Source: a virus
Taxonomy: Duplodnaviria; Caudoviricetes
Virus record (IMG/VR): IMGVR_UViG_3300020045_005812
Span: 1-30,057 of that record
Direction: 5' to 3' (one strand)
Length of the DNA stretch: 30,057 nt
The notes beneath the pieces were generated by a model that did not search any database, was not told where the DNA came from, and worked only from the letters and a program-made list of their open reading frames with translations. This document shows, one piece after another, positions 1 to 8,315 of the stretch (position 1 is the first letter of the stretch; every line of letters starts with the position of its first letter). The position numbers and the translations under genes are program-made.

Positions 1-1
1 A

Positions 2-9
2 CAAATGTA
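2..9 (-). promoter_or_regulatory. Bacteroidota -7 promoter element (TACATTTG) pointing out of the window
   Basis: Matches TAnnTTTG directly downstream of a terminator; the gene it would drive is outside the window. Confidence 0.45.
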
Positions 10-12
10 AAT

Positions 13-41
13 AAAAAAAGCGACACTTTTACATGTCGCTT
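13..41 (-). terminator. Rho-independent terminator
   Basis: Stem AAGCGACA (18-25)/TGTCGCTT (34-41), followed by a T-run on the minus strand, downstream of ORF 97..318. Confidence 0.75.
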
Positions 42-96
42 CAAAAAAAAAAAAGATTTCCCCAAATCTAATCACTAACCTACTAGCGATGTGTTT

Positions 97-318
97 TTAT
101 TCTGCTTTTACGAAATCTACATAATACTCTCCAAATTCAAATTTTGCATCTGGATTTGTTATATGTAATTCTATACTTCCAGAAGGCGTGTATTTTGACC
201 ATTCCTTATTTTCTTCACTATTACCTATTACTGGCAATAGTGTTACCTTTCTGCCTCCATCATTACCAAATTCCGTAATAGAAGAAACGTTAAATTTTGC
301 TCTAATTTTTTGTGACAT
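97..318 (-). CDS. Hypothetical phage protein (73 aa)
   Basis: Clean ORF with A-rich start region, its own promoter and terminator; RAKF...EN..W...TPSGSI.L.ITNP...YYVDF resembles a widespread small phage family of unknown function. Confidence 0.85.
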   Translation of the reverse strand: MSQKIRAKFNVSSITEFGNDGGRKVTLLPVIGNSEENKEWSKYTPSGSIELHITNPDAKFEFGEYYVDFVKAE

Positions 319-341
319 AATAATTATTGTTTTTAGTTGCG

Positions 342-371
342 CTAATATACGAATTAAAAACTATTATTCAA
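342..371 (-). promoter_or_regulatory. Bacteroidota sigma70-type promoter
   Basis: TTG (-33) - 19 nt - TATATTAG (-7, one mismatch to TAnnTTTG), upstream of ATG 318. Confidence 0.6.
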
Positions 372-2284
372 TTGTTTTTTTCTGTCAATTTCTTGTTGAT
401 CCGTGACAGCCTGTGAAACCACAAAAGCCTGTATAGGAGGTTGCTCTTTTTGTTGCTGAGCAATTGCTGTGCTTATTTGGTTTTCGCTGCTAGATTGAAA
501 TCCTACTTGTGCCACGTTTCTTGCCGGTAAAGAACTTGCTGAACCACCACCCACAGACCCGCCCCCGCCTACCGCTTTCAAGGCATCAGAAGTACCTTTT
601 ATGATACTGGCTACGCTTGTGGCTCCTACGGCTACATCTAGCGCAACCAATGGAGCAGAGAACGGAAATCCTTTTGCTAAATCCTTTGTAACAGCCTCAG
701 AAGTATTAGCGACTGCCTTTCCGACACTTGCACCACCTTCTGCTATAATAGCAGCTTTTTGAATAGCTTTATTTTTTCCAGCTAATTTAGAGACGTTCTG
801 AATTAATGCGTCGCCCTGAGAAACTAATAAATCCTGATTGGCTTTTTTTTGGTCTGCCATTTCTTTGTCTCTAGCCATTGCTTTTTCAGCCTCGGCAGCA
901 AAGAAATCGTTACTGTCTTTCTCTCTTTTTATTTCAGCGTTAGTCCTGTCTTCTTCTTCTTTGGTTATCTGTTCGCTTTGAGAAATAATGTTAGCCTGTC
1001 TGTCTTCAAATTCCTTTGTTTGATTAGCGTCAGCCAATTCAATCATTTTCAATCTAAACGCAGCTTCTTCTTGCAAACGTTTTGCATTGGCATCTTTCTG
1101 AGCTTGTAACGCTTTCTCTTGTGCTGCCAGTTCTTTTTCGCAGCCTCGTTTCTAGCATCTGTTTTGGCTTGTTCTAGTGCCACTTCATGATTATTTTGCA
1201 ATGCGATTAAACTATCATATCCAGCAGATACCATTTGTTTGGCTTTTTCTAGGTTTTCTCTAGCGTTCTTTAAAGCGGTAGCGGTAAACTCAGTCGGGTT
1301 ATCCCTATTTTGTTCATAAGCTCGTTGCTCTAATATTAAAGCCTCTGCTCTATAGTTCTTTGCAAGCTGTAGCTCTTGCTTAGCCAATGCGGTTGTTTCT
1401 TTATATATCTGCGCCTCACTTGCCCCAGAAGCTTTCAGCAAATCAAGCTTATGTTTATTCTGTGCAGACAAGTATTTGCTGTTATTTTCGTAAGATTTTG
1501 CCTGTTGGTCTATAGCCTGTGTTAATTGAAGACTAGCAAACCTTAATTTTTCCTCTTCTTTTTCAGCTTCACTAGTCACTTTTATATATGTGTACAGAAT
1601 AGCAACCAAAGCGACTACAGCGGCCGCAATAGCTACAGCCGGATTAGCTAAAAGAGCCGCGTTAAATGACCACGTAGCCACTGTAGCTTCGCCTTCAGCA
1701 ACTGCCAAAGCTTCTGTGGTTCCAATTTCCACTACTTCGGCAGCTGTTTTGGCTTTTTTTGCAGCAGTCAGGACCTCATAAGCATCGGTAACCCCAGCTA
1801 CAGCAGAAGTAACCCCAAGTATAGCTTGAGCTGATCCAATTATAGTATCAAGCGCTTTGCTTTCAATTCCAACGGCTGCCAGCCCATCCTTAACACCTCC
1901 TAAAGCAAGTGCAGCTAATCCAGCCGTTTGTGTTAGCCCTCTAAATTTCTCGTCTGGGTTATAAGATTTTACTAAATCTTTTTGAAACTGCATCTCATCA
2001 CTAATCATAGCAACTTTTTTAGCTGCATCGGTAGCCTGTGCAGAAGTAGCTCCGTATTGTTGCGCTAGTTTTTGCTGGGCTATTGTAGCTTCTTTAAGCT
2101 GTTGCTTGTAGCTTTTGAATTGCTCTTCAGATTTTTTTACCTCCTTAGTGTTAGCAGTTGTTGCTGTGGTACTTTCGGTAATTTTTGTATTTAATTTACC
2201 AATATCACTGGTAGCTTCGTCAGCCCCCTTGTCAGTGACTACTATATCAATATTTTGCCTGATTGGCTCTAATTCGTCTGCCAT
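354..2284 (-). CDS. Tape measure protein, split by a -1 frameshift near 1133-1139 (joined product about 643 aa)
   Basis: ORFs 1049..2284 and 354..1076 are Ala-rich coiled coil with hydrophobic segments. The -1 frame reads through as ...EAAK-KELAAQEKALQAQKDANAKRLQEEAAF. Ends in PIQAFVVSQAVTDQQ and lies next to tail genes. Confidence 0.75.
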
Positions 2285-2288
2285 CTTT

Positions 2289-4484
2289 TTATTTGTTTAA
2301 AAGAGTTAATTTCGTTTTGCCTCCGGTCAAAGGTATATCACTTTCCAATACCGTGTACTTGGTTTCTTTGATTATTATTTCCTGATTATCTTCGAACTTC
2401 TGTATTTGAACATTTGGTAAACTAAGCTCTATTGTATGAATCAATTTTTTACCGCTCAACGTGTCTTCAATGAAAGACTTGAAAGCCTGTACATATAACG
2501 TATTTTGATCCAAAAAATCACCCGACGCAATACTAAAAATAGATGTGATGTAATTTGACACTCCTGTCTTAATTCTATTACTCTTGTGGCTTATTCCGTG
2601 ATATTTACCTATAGATTTCAAAGTCTTGGTATCAGTATCAACAATAGCATAATGTGTCGAAATATTCGAAACCCCATTATAATAAAATACAGGAAGTTCT
2701 TTTACAATCGTGTCGTAAATAAATCTAGTTTCAATATCGTTTAATTTTGCCTCGTTTCCAAATGGATAAAAAGTATTTATTATCGTATCGGAATTTGAAG
2801 CTACTGGACTAAATACTGGCGCAGTAAATTTCGTTTCTATCTTGAACTCTGATTTTGGTTTTCCTATCAATGGATATTTCAACTGTCCATATTCCAAACC
2901 AGTAGCAGTAAGAAAAGCAATATTTTGTTGATACCCACTCGTAGCATGCTTCAGATTATACCCATCATACTTGGTATTTGTTTTCTTAGGCACCTTGGAT
3001 AAATCAGCCCATGGTGTCAAATCATTTTCAATACGCTTTGCTGAATGAGCAATAGTGCCAATAGTTTTTGGCGTGTAATAAAAATCATTTAAAACTTGTT
3101 CTTTGAACTTCTTGTAACCAAACATTGTATAAATGCTTTTTACGAAATCTATCAACTTCATATCTGGCAAACTTTCAAATAAATTTACAGTTGTTGGAGC
3201 GATAGTAGGTTGCACGTTATTAGAAGTACCTTTTGCCCAATCTTCAGCACTCCAATTGAAAATAACGTTTGTATATTTCCATTCTGAAAGAGTTTCTGAA
3301 GAAACAAATATAGATATTAACGGCTTAACAAGTGTACTTGGAACACTAGAACCCTCTGTGTAAAAAACATCTAGTCCAATTTTTATTCTTAATTTTGCGC
3401 TTCCAATTTCTGACCCGCTAGAAATAGAGTAATTAAGTTTTTTCTTTTTCTCTCCTAATGGCGTAACCTCCCAAACCTCTATATTTTTTATATAAGAACC
3501 TATCGCGTCTGTTGCTCCTATCCACGACACGCCACCAGACGACATGTTAAATCCAGTAGATGCAGCTTTCGAAAGCTGTATGTCCATATCAAAAGTAGCA
3601 TCGTGTGCAGACCCACCTCCGTAACCTATGTAGTTAAGTTCAAAAGCATCTATTAAAGGCTTTGGTATAATATCGAAACGCTCTTCTCTGAATGTGTCAA
3701 ACTTCCACGTTGAAAAATCTATTTTTGCTTTAATGCTTTTTACCGATATTTCAGCAGTACACATTGTAGCCAAATCAGTTAATTGAGTTATGTCTCCAAT
3801 ATATGGAGTAGGATCTATTTTTATGTCATACTTTGAATTTATCTTGTCTAAAATATCCGACATAAACACTGCTGGTCTTATCTCTTGTGTCAATAGCACA
3901 TCTTCACTCGTAATTGGTTTTCCAGTAGGGAAATACGCTATGTTATCAGTCGCTAATGCTCTGCTGTCTATTGTAAAAATTCTTTGAGTAGACACTAATG
4001 GAATAAACCAACGAAAACCACCCGAAGCGTTTTGAATGCTTTGCAATGCGTTTTGAATATTTTTTGTTGACCAGCTAATATCTCCTGCCCCATCGTTAAG
4101 CATCGCCAAAGTATCTTCCCCTAGTATTTCGGTTAGATTTTTTTGACCGTCGGAAAACTCCTGTTCAAACAAAGAAGGTTTTCCATTTATCCAAGATGTG
4201 CCTTTTAATGTAACTATACCCTCTTTAAATAATTGACCTCCAAGAAAAAGTTTTGCTTTTTTCTGAATATTTGTTGGTTGGTTTTGCTCGGTATATCCAA
4301 AATAACCATATAACTTTATGTTATTTGACGTGGCTTCGGTGGAAAAGTCATTGGTAAACCCCTTAAATACTGCTGTAATATCCTGTAGATATGTAGTTTT
4401 GGTATTCAAAGTAATTGTTTCATTTATGAAAGTATCAACCAATCCGTATTCTCCAGGCGTATCTTTTTCGATGTATAGATTCAT
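2289..4484 (-). CDS. Putative tail tip/hub structural protein (731 aa)
   Basis: Long beta-rich ORF directly upstream of the tape measure; function inferred from context. Confidence 0.6.
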   Translation of the reverse strand: MNLYIEKDTPGEYGLVDTFINETITLNTKTTYLQDITAVFKGFTNDFSTEATSNNIKLYGYFGYTEQNQPTNIQKKAKLFLGGQLFKEGIVTLKGTSWINGKPSLFEQEFSDGQKNLTEILGEDTLAMLNDGAGDISWSTKNIQNALQSIQNASGGFRWFIPLVSTQRIFTIDSRALATDNIAYFPTGKPITSEDVLLTQEIRPAVFMSDILDKINSKYDIKIDPTPYIGDITQLTDLATMCTAEISVKSIKAKIDFSTWKFDTFREERFDIIPKPLIDAFELNYIGYGGGSAHDATFDMDIQLSKAASTGFNMSSGGVSWIGATDAIGSYIKNIEVWEVTPLGEKKKKLNYSISSGSEIGSAKLRIKIGLDVFYTEGSSVPSTLVKPLISIFVSSETLSEWKYTNVIFNWSAEDWAKGTSNNVQPTIAPTTVNLFESLPDMKLIDFVKSIYTMFGYKKFKEQVLNDFYYTPKTIGTIAHSAKRIENDLTPWADLSKVPKKTNTKYDGYNLKHATSGYQQNIAFLTATGLEYGQLKYPLIGKPKSEFKIETKFTAPVFSPVASNSDTIINTFYPFGNEAKLNDIETRFIYDTIVKELPVFYYNGVSNISTHYAIVDTDTKTLKSIGKYHGISHKSNRIKTGVSNYITSIFSIASGDFLDQNTLYVQAFKSFIEDTLSGKKLIHTIELSLPNVQIQKFEDNQEIIIKETKYTVLESDIPLTGGKTKLTLLNK

Positions 4485-4633
4485 GCTTTCAGATCATTTA
4501 AATAAATTGCAATTTCTTTCAATATTTCGTGCTGACTTTCTTCAACACGAAAAGAAAACATCTTTTTAGTTGATGTTTTCTTTTTATTACCGCCCCTGTT
4601 GTCGGAGCGGTTAGGTTTTAATGTTTGCGCCAT
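4481..4633 (-). CDS. Small basic protein (50 aa), possible ribbon-helix-helix DNA-binding protein; absent from ORF track
   Basis: MAQTLKPNRSDNRGGNKKKTSTKKMFSFRVEESQHEILKEIAIYLNDLKA; starts 1 nt after the previous stop and its TGA overlaps the ATG at 4484. MFSFRV strand followed by a helix is RHH-like. Confidence 0.65.
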   Translation of the reverse strand: MAQTLKPNRSDNRGGNKKKTSTKKMFSFRVEESQHEILKEIAIYLNDLKA

Positions 4634-4634
4634 G

Positions 4635-4817
4635 TTAAATAAATTTACCTTCATGACCGTTATCGCTTACCCATTTTGTTTGATCTGGGTCTTTCCATAC
4701 ATCACACTCAATGGATGATTTTTGAGCGAAGTGCTTTTTTGCTTCCTCTAATGATTTTGCCTGACAGTTAAATTCCATTCTGTGACCTGATTTTTGTTTT
4801 GCTAGATAGTTTTTCAT
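4635..4817 (-). CDS. Hypothetical protein (60 aa)
   Basis: Tightly packed ORF; AKSLEEAKK motif is common in small phage proteins. Confidence 0.7.
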   Translation of the reverse strand: MKNYLAKQKSGHRMEFNCQAKSLEEAKKHFAQKSSIECDVWKDPDQTKWVSDNGHEGKFI

Positions 4818-4828
4818 GATATGACAAA

Positions 4829-5083
4829 TTAAAGGTTAATTGATTGTTTTTTTAATGATTCTAATCTCATTTGTTCGATTCTGTAGTCTGAAATTTCAGG
4901 GTTTAACCTACACATTTCCATCACAGGATTAACCTTTTTGGCTTTGGCATCTATTTTAACCAATTTGTTAACTAATTTAGTTATGCCTCCAAGTCCTAAC
5001 GTTTCAACTTCTACATATTCATAAACTAGTCCTTTTTTGTTTAGTAATTCAAGTGTTGTAATTTCTTTTGCTGTAAGTGTCAT
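4829..5083 (-). CDS. Hypothetical protein (84 aa)
   Basis: First ORF after the promoter at 5120-5127; ACTTATC directly precedes the ATG. Confidence 0.75.
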   Translation of the reverse strand: MTLTAKEITTLELLNKKGLVYEYVEVETLGLGGITKLVNKLVKIDAKAKKVNPVMEMCRLNPEISDYRIEQMRLESLKKQSINL

Positions 5084-5119
5084 GATAAGTTATTTTAATG
5101 TTTTGCTTTATTGCTGAGA

Positions 5120-5127
5120 CAAATATA
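5120..5127 (-). promoter_or_regulatory. Bacteroidota -7 promoter element TATATTTG
   Basis: Exact TAnnTTTG in the intergenic gap, 36 nt upstream of ATG 5083; no clear -33 TTG. Confidence 0.65.
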
Positions 5128-5171
5128 CAACCACTTTTCTAATATCGTATTACATTTTAAAATTTTAACAT

Positions 5172-6329
5172 TTATTTAACTTTTGAGGCTGTTTCTTTGA
5201 ACTTAAAGAAATATGAAATGTCTCTTTTGTCGTTTATGTTTGTCTTCTTTACGAAATCAGTATCAATGCAAGTAACAGGAACTTGTAGATAAGTCGAATA
5301 ATATCCAACGTCGGCAAGCGTTATAGTGTCGCTGTCTATGGTAATGGTTTCATTATCCACCGTGATACTATCATTATCTACAGTTATACCCTGTTGTTCT
5401 ACTGTCCATCTTTGCCCGTAAAAACGAACCAAATATATTTTTGGACTATAAAGCAGTTCCTCGAGTATATCATTCATGCTTTCGTCCATCACGCCAGTGT
5501 TTACTGTATATGTCTGAAATACTTCTTCAATACTCGTGTTTTTGAAATGCGTACTCTCGGTGTTTATCATTGAGCTGTCTCGAAAAGCCTTTTGACTTTC
5601 CTGTCTTTTGATTTCGTCGTTTATAGTTACTTTTCCGGTTGTGGTAATGTATTGAAAAAGTCCTTGTCTATCTAAGTATATAAACAGTAACGGCTCCTTT
5701 ACGCACACCACAGAAGGTGGCACAACTTGACTAGTGACAATAAAGTTATTACTAGTGCGATCAACACCAAAATCAAATTCTTGTTTCGCATAATATGGTA
5801 TGAATTCGGCATATTTTTTTACTGGAGTAGTAGCGACATTGAAACCATTAGCGCCACCGACAAAAGATCCGTAAAAAGGGTTTTGTTCATTTCTCCATCG
5901 ATAACCCAAAGTAGCTACTTTGTCGGCAACATTGATAGCCGTAACGCTTGTAGTTTCATCATACGCATAATAAGAGTACCGGTAAAACAAACACATACCT
6001 TGTACGTAAGGAAGTGACGTGTTATGATAAAGCAACACTGGAAAATCTACATTGTTTAGGTTATCTTTTCGTATTAAATCATTCTTCAAGTAGTCTTGAA
6101 TTTCGAAGGAAACATATTTATCGTCGCTGGAAACCCTATCTTTGTCTAGTACATAGGTGTTTACATTTACTTCTGACAGCGAATCATCAATATCAAAAGT
6201 AACTAATTGCAAACGAATGCGTGTGTTTATTTCTGGTGGCACGTAAGCAGGAAAATCAGTCATTAAATCAATACGTACAACTACTGGGGAATTGCAAAAG
6301 GCTACTTGTGAAATGTCTGTTATGTTCAT
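5172..6329 (-). CDS. Putative tail (distal-tail-like) structural protein (385 aa)
   Basis: Lies between neck/tail-completion genes and the tail tip; contains three IT(V/I)D(N/S) heptad repeats. Confidence 0.55.
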   Translation of the reverse strand: MNITDISQVAFCNSPVVVRIDLMTDFPAYVPPEINTRIRLQLVTFDIDDSLSEVNVNTYVLDKDRVSSDDKYVSFEIQDYLKNDLIRKDNLNNVDFPVLLYHNTSLPYVQGMCLFYRYSYYAYDETTSVTAINVADKVATLGYRWRNEQNPFYGSFVGGANGFNVATTPVKKYAEFIPYYAKQEFDFGVDRTSNNFIVTSQVVPPSVVCVKEPLLFIYLDRQGLFQYITTTGKVTINDEIKRQESQKAFRDSSMINTESTHFKNTSIEEVFQTYTVNTGVMDESMNDILEELLYSPKIYLVRFYGQRWTVEQQGITVDNDSITVDNETITIDSDTITLADVGYYSTYLQVPVTCIDTDFVKKTNINDKRDISYFFKFKETASKVK

Positions 6330-6331
6330 TT

Positions 6332-6664
6332 TTATTTTTTTATTCCTGCATTTTTCAAGATGTTAGTAACTAGATTTTTTGAAATCACATTAATAGATTC
6401 TGGCAAATGTTTCTTTATTGATACTGCTAATTCGTTTGGTTTTTGATATTGTCCGTAATGCAATTGTGATAATGTAAGCTTTTGCGACTTCACACGAAAA
6501 TTTATAGACTTACGCAAAGACCCTCCCTCGTGTATCAGATTTCCATTTTTATCAAACCTATCCTTAGATTTTCTGGATGTTACTCTAGCTTCCTCGTAAA
6601 CGATTTCACCTAGAACTTTTAGTTCGTCCTCAATTATCTTTTTGTTTGGGTTCCTTGCTGGCAT
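6332..6664 (-). CDS. Putative neck/tail-completion protein, HK97 gp10-like paralogue (110 aa)
   Basis: GGSLRKSINF...QLHYGQY parallels the neighbouring DTGALKRSI...QLFYGQY. Confidence 0.55.
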   Translation of the reverse strand: MPARNPNKKIIEDELKVLGEIVYEEARVTSRKSKDRFDKNGNLIHEGGSLRKSINFRVKSQKLTLSQLHYGQYQKPNELAVSIKKHLPESINVISKNLVTNILKNAGIKK

Positions 6665-7034
6665 ATTTTCTACGTTGTTCTAATAATTTTTCAATCAGTG
6701 CTTTTGCTCCCCTGCTGGCGTTTTTTCCTGCCCTAGGCTCTGGAGTTGTGAACGCTCTACCAGAAGCAGCTTTGTACTGTGCTTTCTGGACATTGCCTTC
6801 TTCATCCAGTTCTTCAATAGTATACGGTATTCCTTTCATGTAACGGGCAGCGTTTTGAATTAGCTGGCTATTGTCGTTGTATTGCCCGTAGAATAATTGA
6901 CGGAAAACAATCTGACCACGTGCAACCGTAGAATAGATAGAACGCTTCAATGCTCCGGTATCTACGCGTGCAGTCTTTTTGCTTAACTCCACCACCTTGT
7001 TAGCCAATGCTCTTTCTACCTCTGTTACTGCCAT
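6630..7034 (-). CDS. Putative neck/tail-completion protein, HK97 gp10-like (134 aa)
   Basis: ARVDTGALKRSI matches the (P/R)VDTG.L..SI signature of HK97 gp10-like proteins; basic. Confidence 0.65.
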   Translation of the reverse strand: MAVTEVERALANKVVELSKKTARVDTGALKRSIYSTVARGQIVFRQLFYGQYNDNSQLIQNAARYMKGIPYTIEELDEEGNVQKAQYKAASGRAFTTPEPRAGKNASRGAKALIEKLLEQRRKYASKEPKQKDN

Positions 7035-7036
7035 AG

Positions 7037-7495
7037 TTATTCAGGACATGCACTGCCCTCGTTAGGTATTGATAATATAATATCGAACTCATGCCCGCTT
7101 AAATCGTTCAAATTCTCACGCTCAATCTTAGTCACTTTTGATTTGCTGGAAATCTCAATGCCAGCGGAATTGTACTGACGAAACGAATTAATAAACGACT
7201 GGCAAATATTGAATGTTTCGTTAAAAATATCATCCTTGTTCGTATCAATTTGCAATTTACTATCAGTAGTTCTAGTGTACACATCATTTTGATCCAGTAC
7301 CTTAATATGAAATGAAAACAAAATAACATCTTCCTGTATATCGCTATCTTTATACTCAACGTTTACAATAGGGTAAATCGTTTCTTTGTTCGTATCTACC
7401 AAATCATTGGTTAATGTCGTGATTGTATTCACAAGAGGATCACTCGAAAACTTTCCAAGTACGTAATCTTTTGTTTTTTGATATTCGTTTGCCAT
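7037..7495 (-). CDS. Putative tail terminator/completion protein (152 aa; alternative start 7510)
   Basis: Acidic ~150-aa ORF with a YP(I)VNV motif, adjacent to the gp10-like genes; contextual call. Confidence 0.5.
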   Translation of the reverse strand: MANEYQKTKDYVLGKFSSDPLVNTITTLTNDLVDTNKETIYPIVNVEYKDSDIQEDVILFSFHIKVLDQNDVYTRTTDSKLQIDTNKDDIFNETFNICQSFINSFRQYNSAGIEISSKSKVTKIERENLNDLSGHEFDIILSIPNEGSACPE

Positions 7496-7575
7496 AATTA
7501 AGTCAGTCATTTAGCTTATTATTACTGGTCTAGAATTTCATAATAAGCTAGGTCTTACCATTAACGACCATTATT

Positions 7576-8217
7576 TTACTCTACCGACTCAACGGCTCTT
7601 TTTCTTAATAAATATTCCCCCAACGCTAAATACTCCGATAACTTCATTTCGTTAACATCGTTAAATTTCATTGCATCACCTTTGGCAAGTAAGTAGGTTA
7701 TTTCACTATAAGCCCCGTAATACTCTTGAAACTCCTGCCTTAGTTGTTTTCCTGCGCTATAACCGCCAATCTTTCCAATTATAGGCGGGTTATAAATCCA
7801 CTCATACAGATCCTTAAAATGCGCTACGCTTTGCAAAAACTCGTTTTTAACTTGTTGCGCAAACTGAATCGAAATATTTTTTACTTTCTTTCCAGATAAA
7901 TGATTGTACAAACTTACAATGTCAGCAAGTGCCAAATACGTGTCAGCCGTTATAAAATACTTTGCTGGCATACTTTCAAAATCAAGTTTCATTTTCAGAT
8001 CATAAACGATATTCTGTGATCTCAACTTCATAAACTCATTAATGCATTCTATCCAGCTTCTTTCGTCATTCGGATAGAATGTACTTAGAATAGCTAAAGT
8101 ATAATCTTCGTCACTATTCTTTTCCTGCTCCTTCAGCTGGTTCATCATTTCCGTGAACTTCTCGTAATCGATTTGTTTTAACGGTTTTGATTTCTTCTTT
8201 CGGATAAAGCTTTTCAT
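7576..8217 (-). CDS. Hypothetical protein (213 aa), possibly tail assembly chaperone-like; may be +1-fused to 8114..8305
   Basis: Helical; C-terminal YGAY..ITYLLAKGD..KF..V..M.L.EYL resembles chaperone C-termini (recollection only). Confidence 0.6.
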   Translation of the reverse strand: MKSFIRKKKSKPLKQIDYEKFTEMMNQLKEQEKNSDEDYTLAILSTFYPNDERSWIECINEFMKLRSQNIVYDLKMKLDFESMPAKYFITADTYLALADIVSLYNHLSGKKVKNISIQFAQQVKNEFLQSVAHFKDLYEWIYNPPIIGKIGGYSAGKQLRQEFQEYYGAYSEITYLLAKGDAMKFNDVNEMKLSEYLALGEYLLRKRAVESVE

Positions 8218-8305
8218 ACGTTTGCTTGATAAGTTTTTGACTTGGATCTAATTCTGATTCTGGACTTTCCACAAATGGGAAGTGATTTTTAAATAATGCT
8301 TTCAT
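8114..8305 (-). CDS. Hypothetical protein (63 aa) overlapping the next ORF by 104 nt
   Basis: Strong A-rich start (ATAAAAAAACTATG) 10 nt after the terminase stop. Confidence 0.55.
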   Translation of the reverse strand: MKALFKNHFPFVESPESELDPSQKLIKQTYEKLYPKEEIKTVKTNRLREVHGNDEPAEGAGKE

Positions 8306-8315
8306 AGTTTTTTAT

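Noticed and set aside
5320-5390. IT(V/I)D(N/S) heptad repeats as a DGR or variable repeat
   Set aside because: Degenerate protein-level repeat only; no reverse transcriptase or TR/VR pair seen.
7530-7575. tRNA-like D-loop (GGTCGTTAATGGTAAGACC)
   Set aside because: No T-arm GTTC motif, anticodon arm or acceptor stem.
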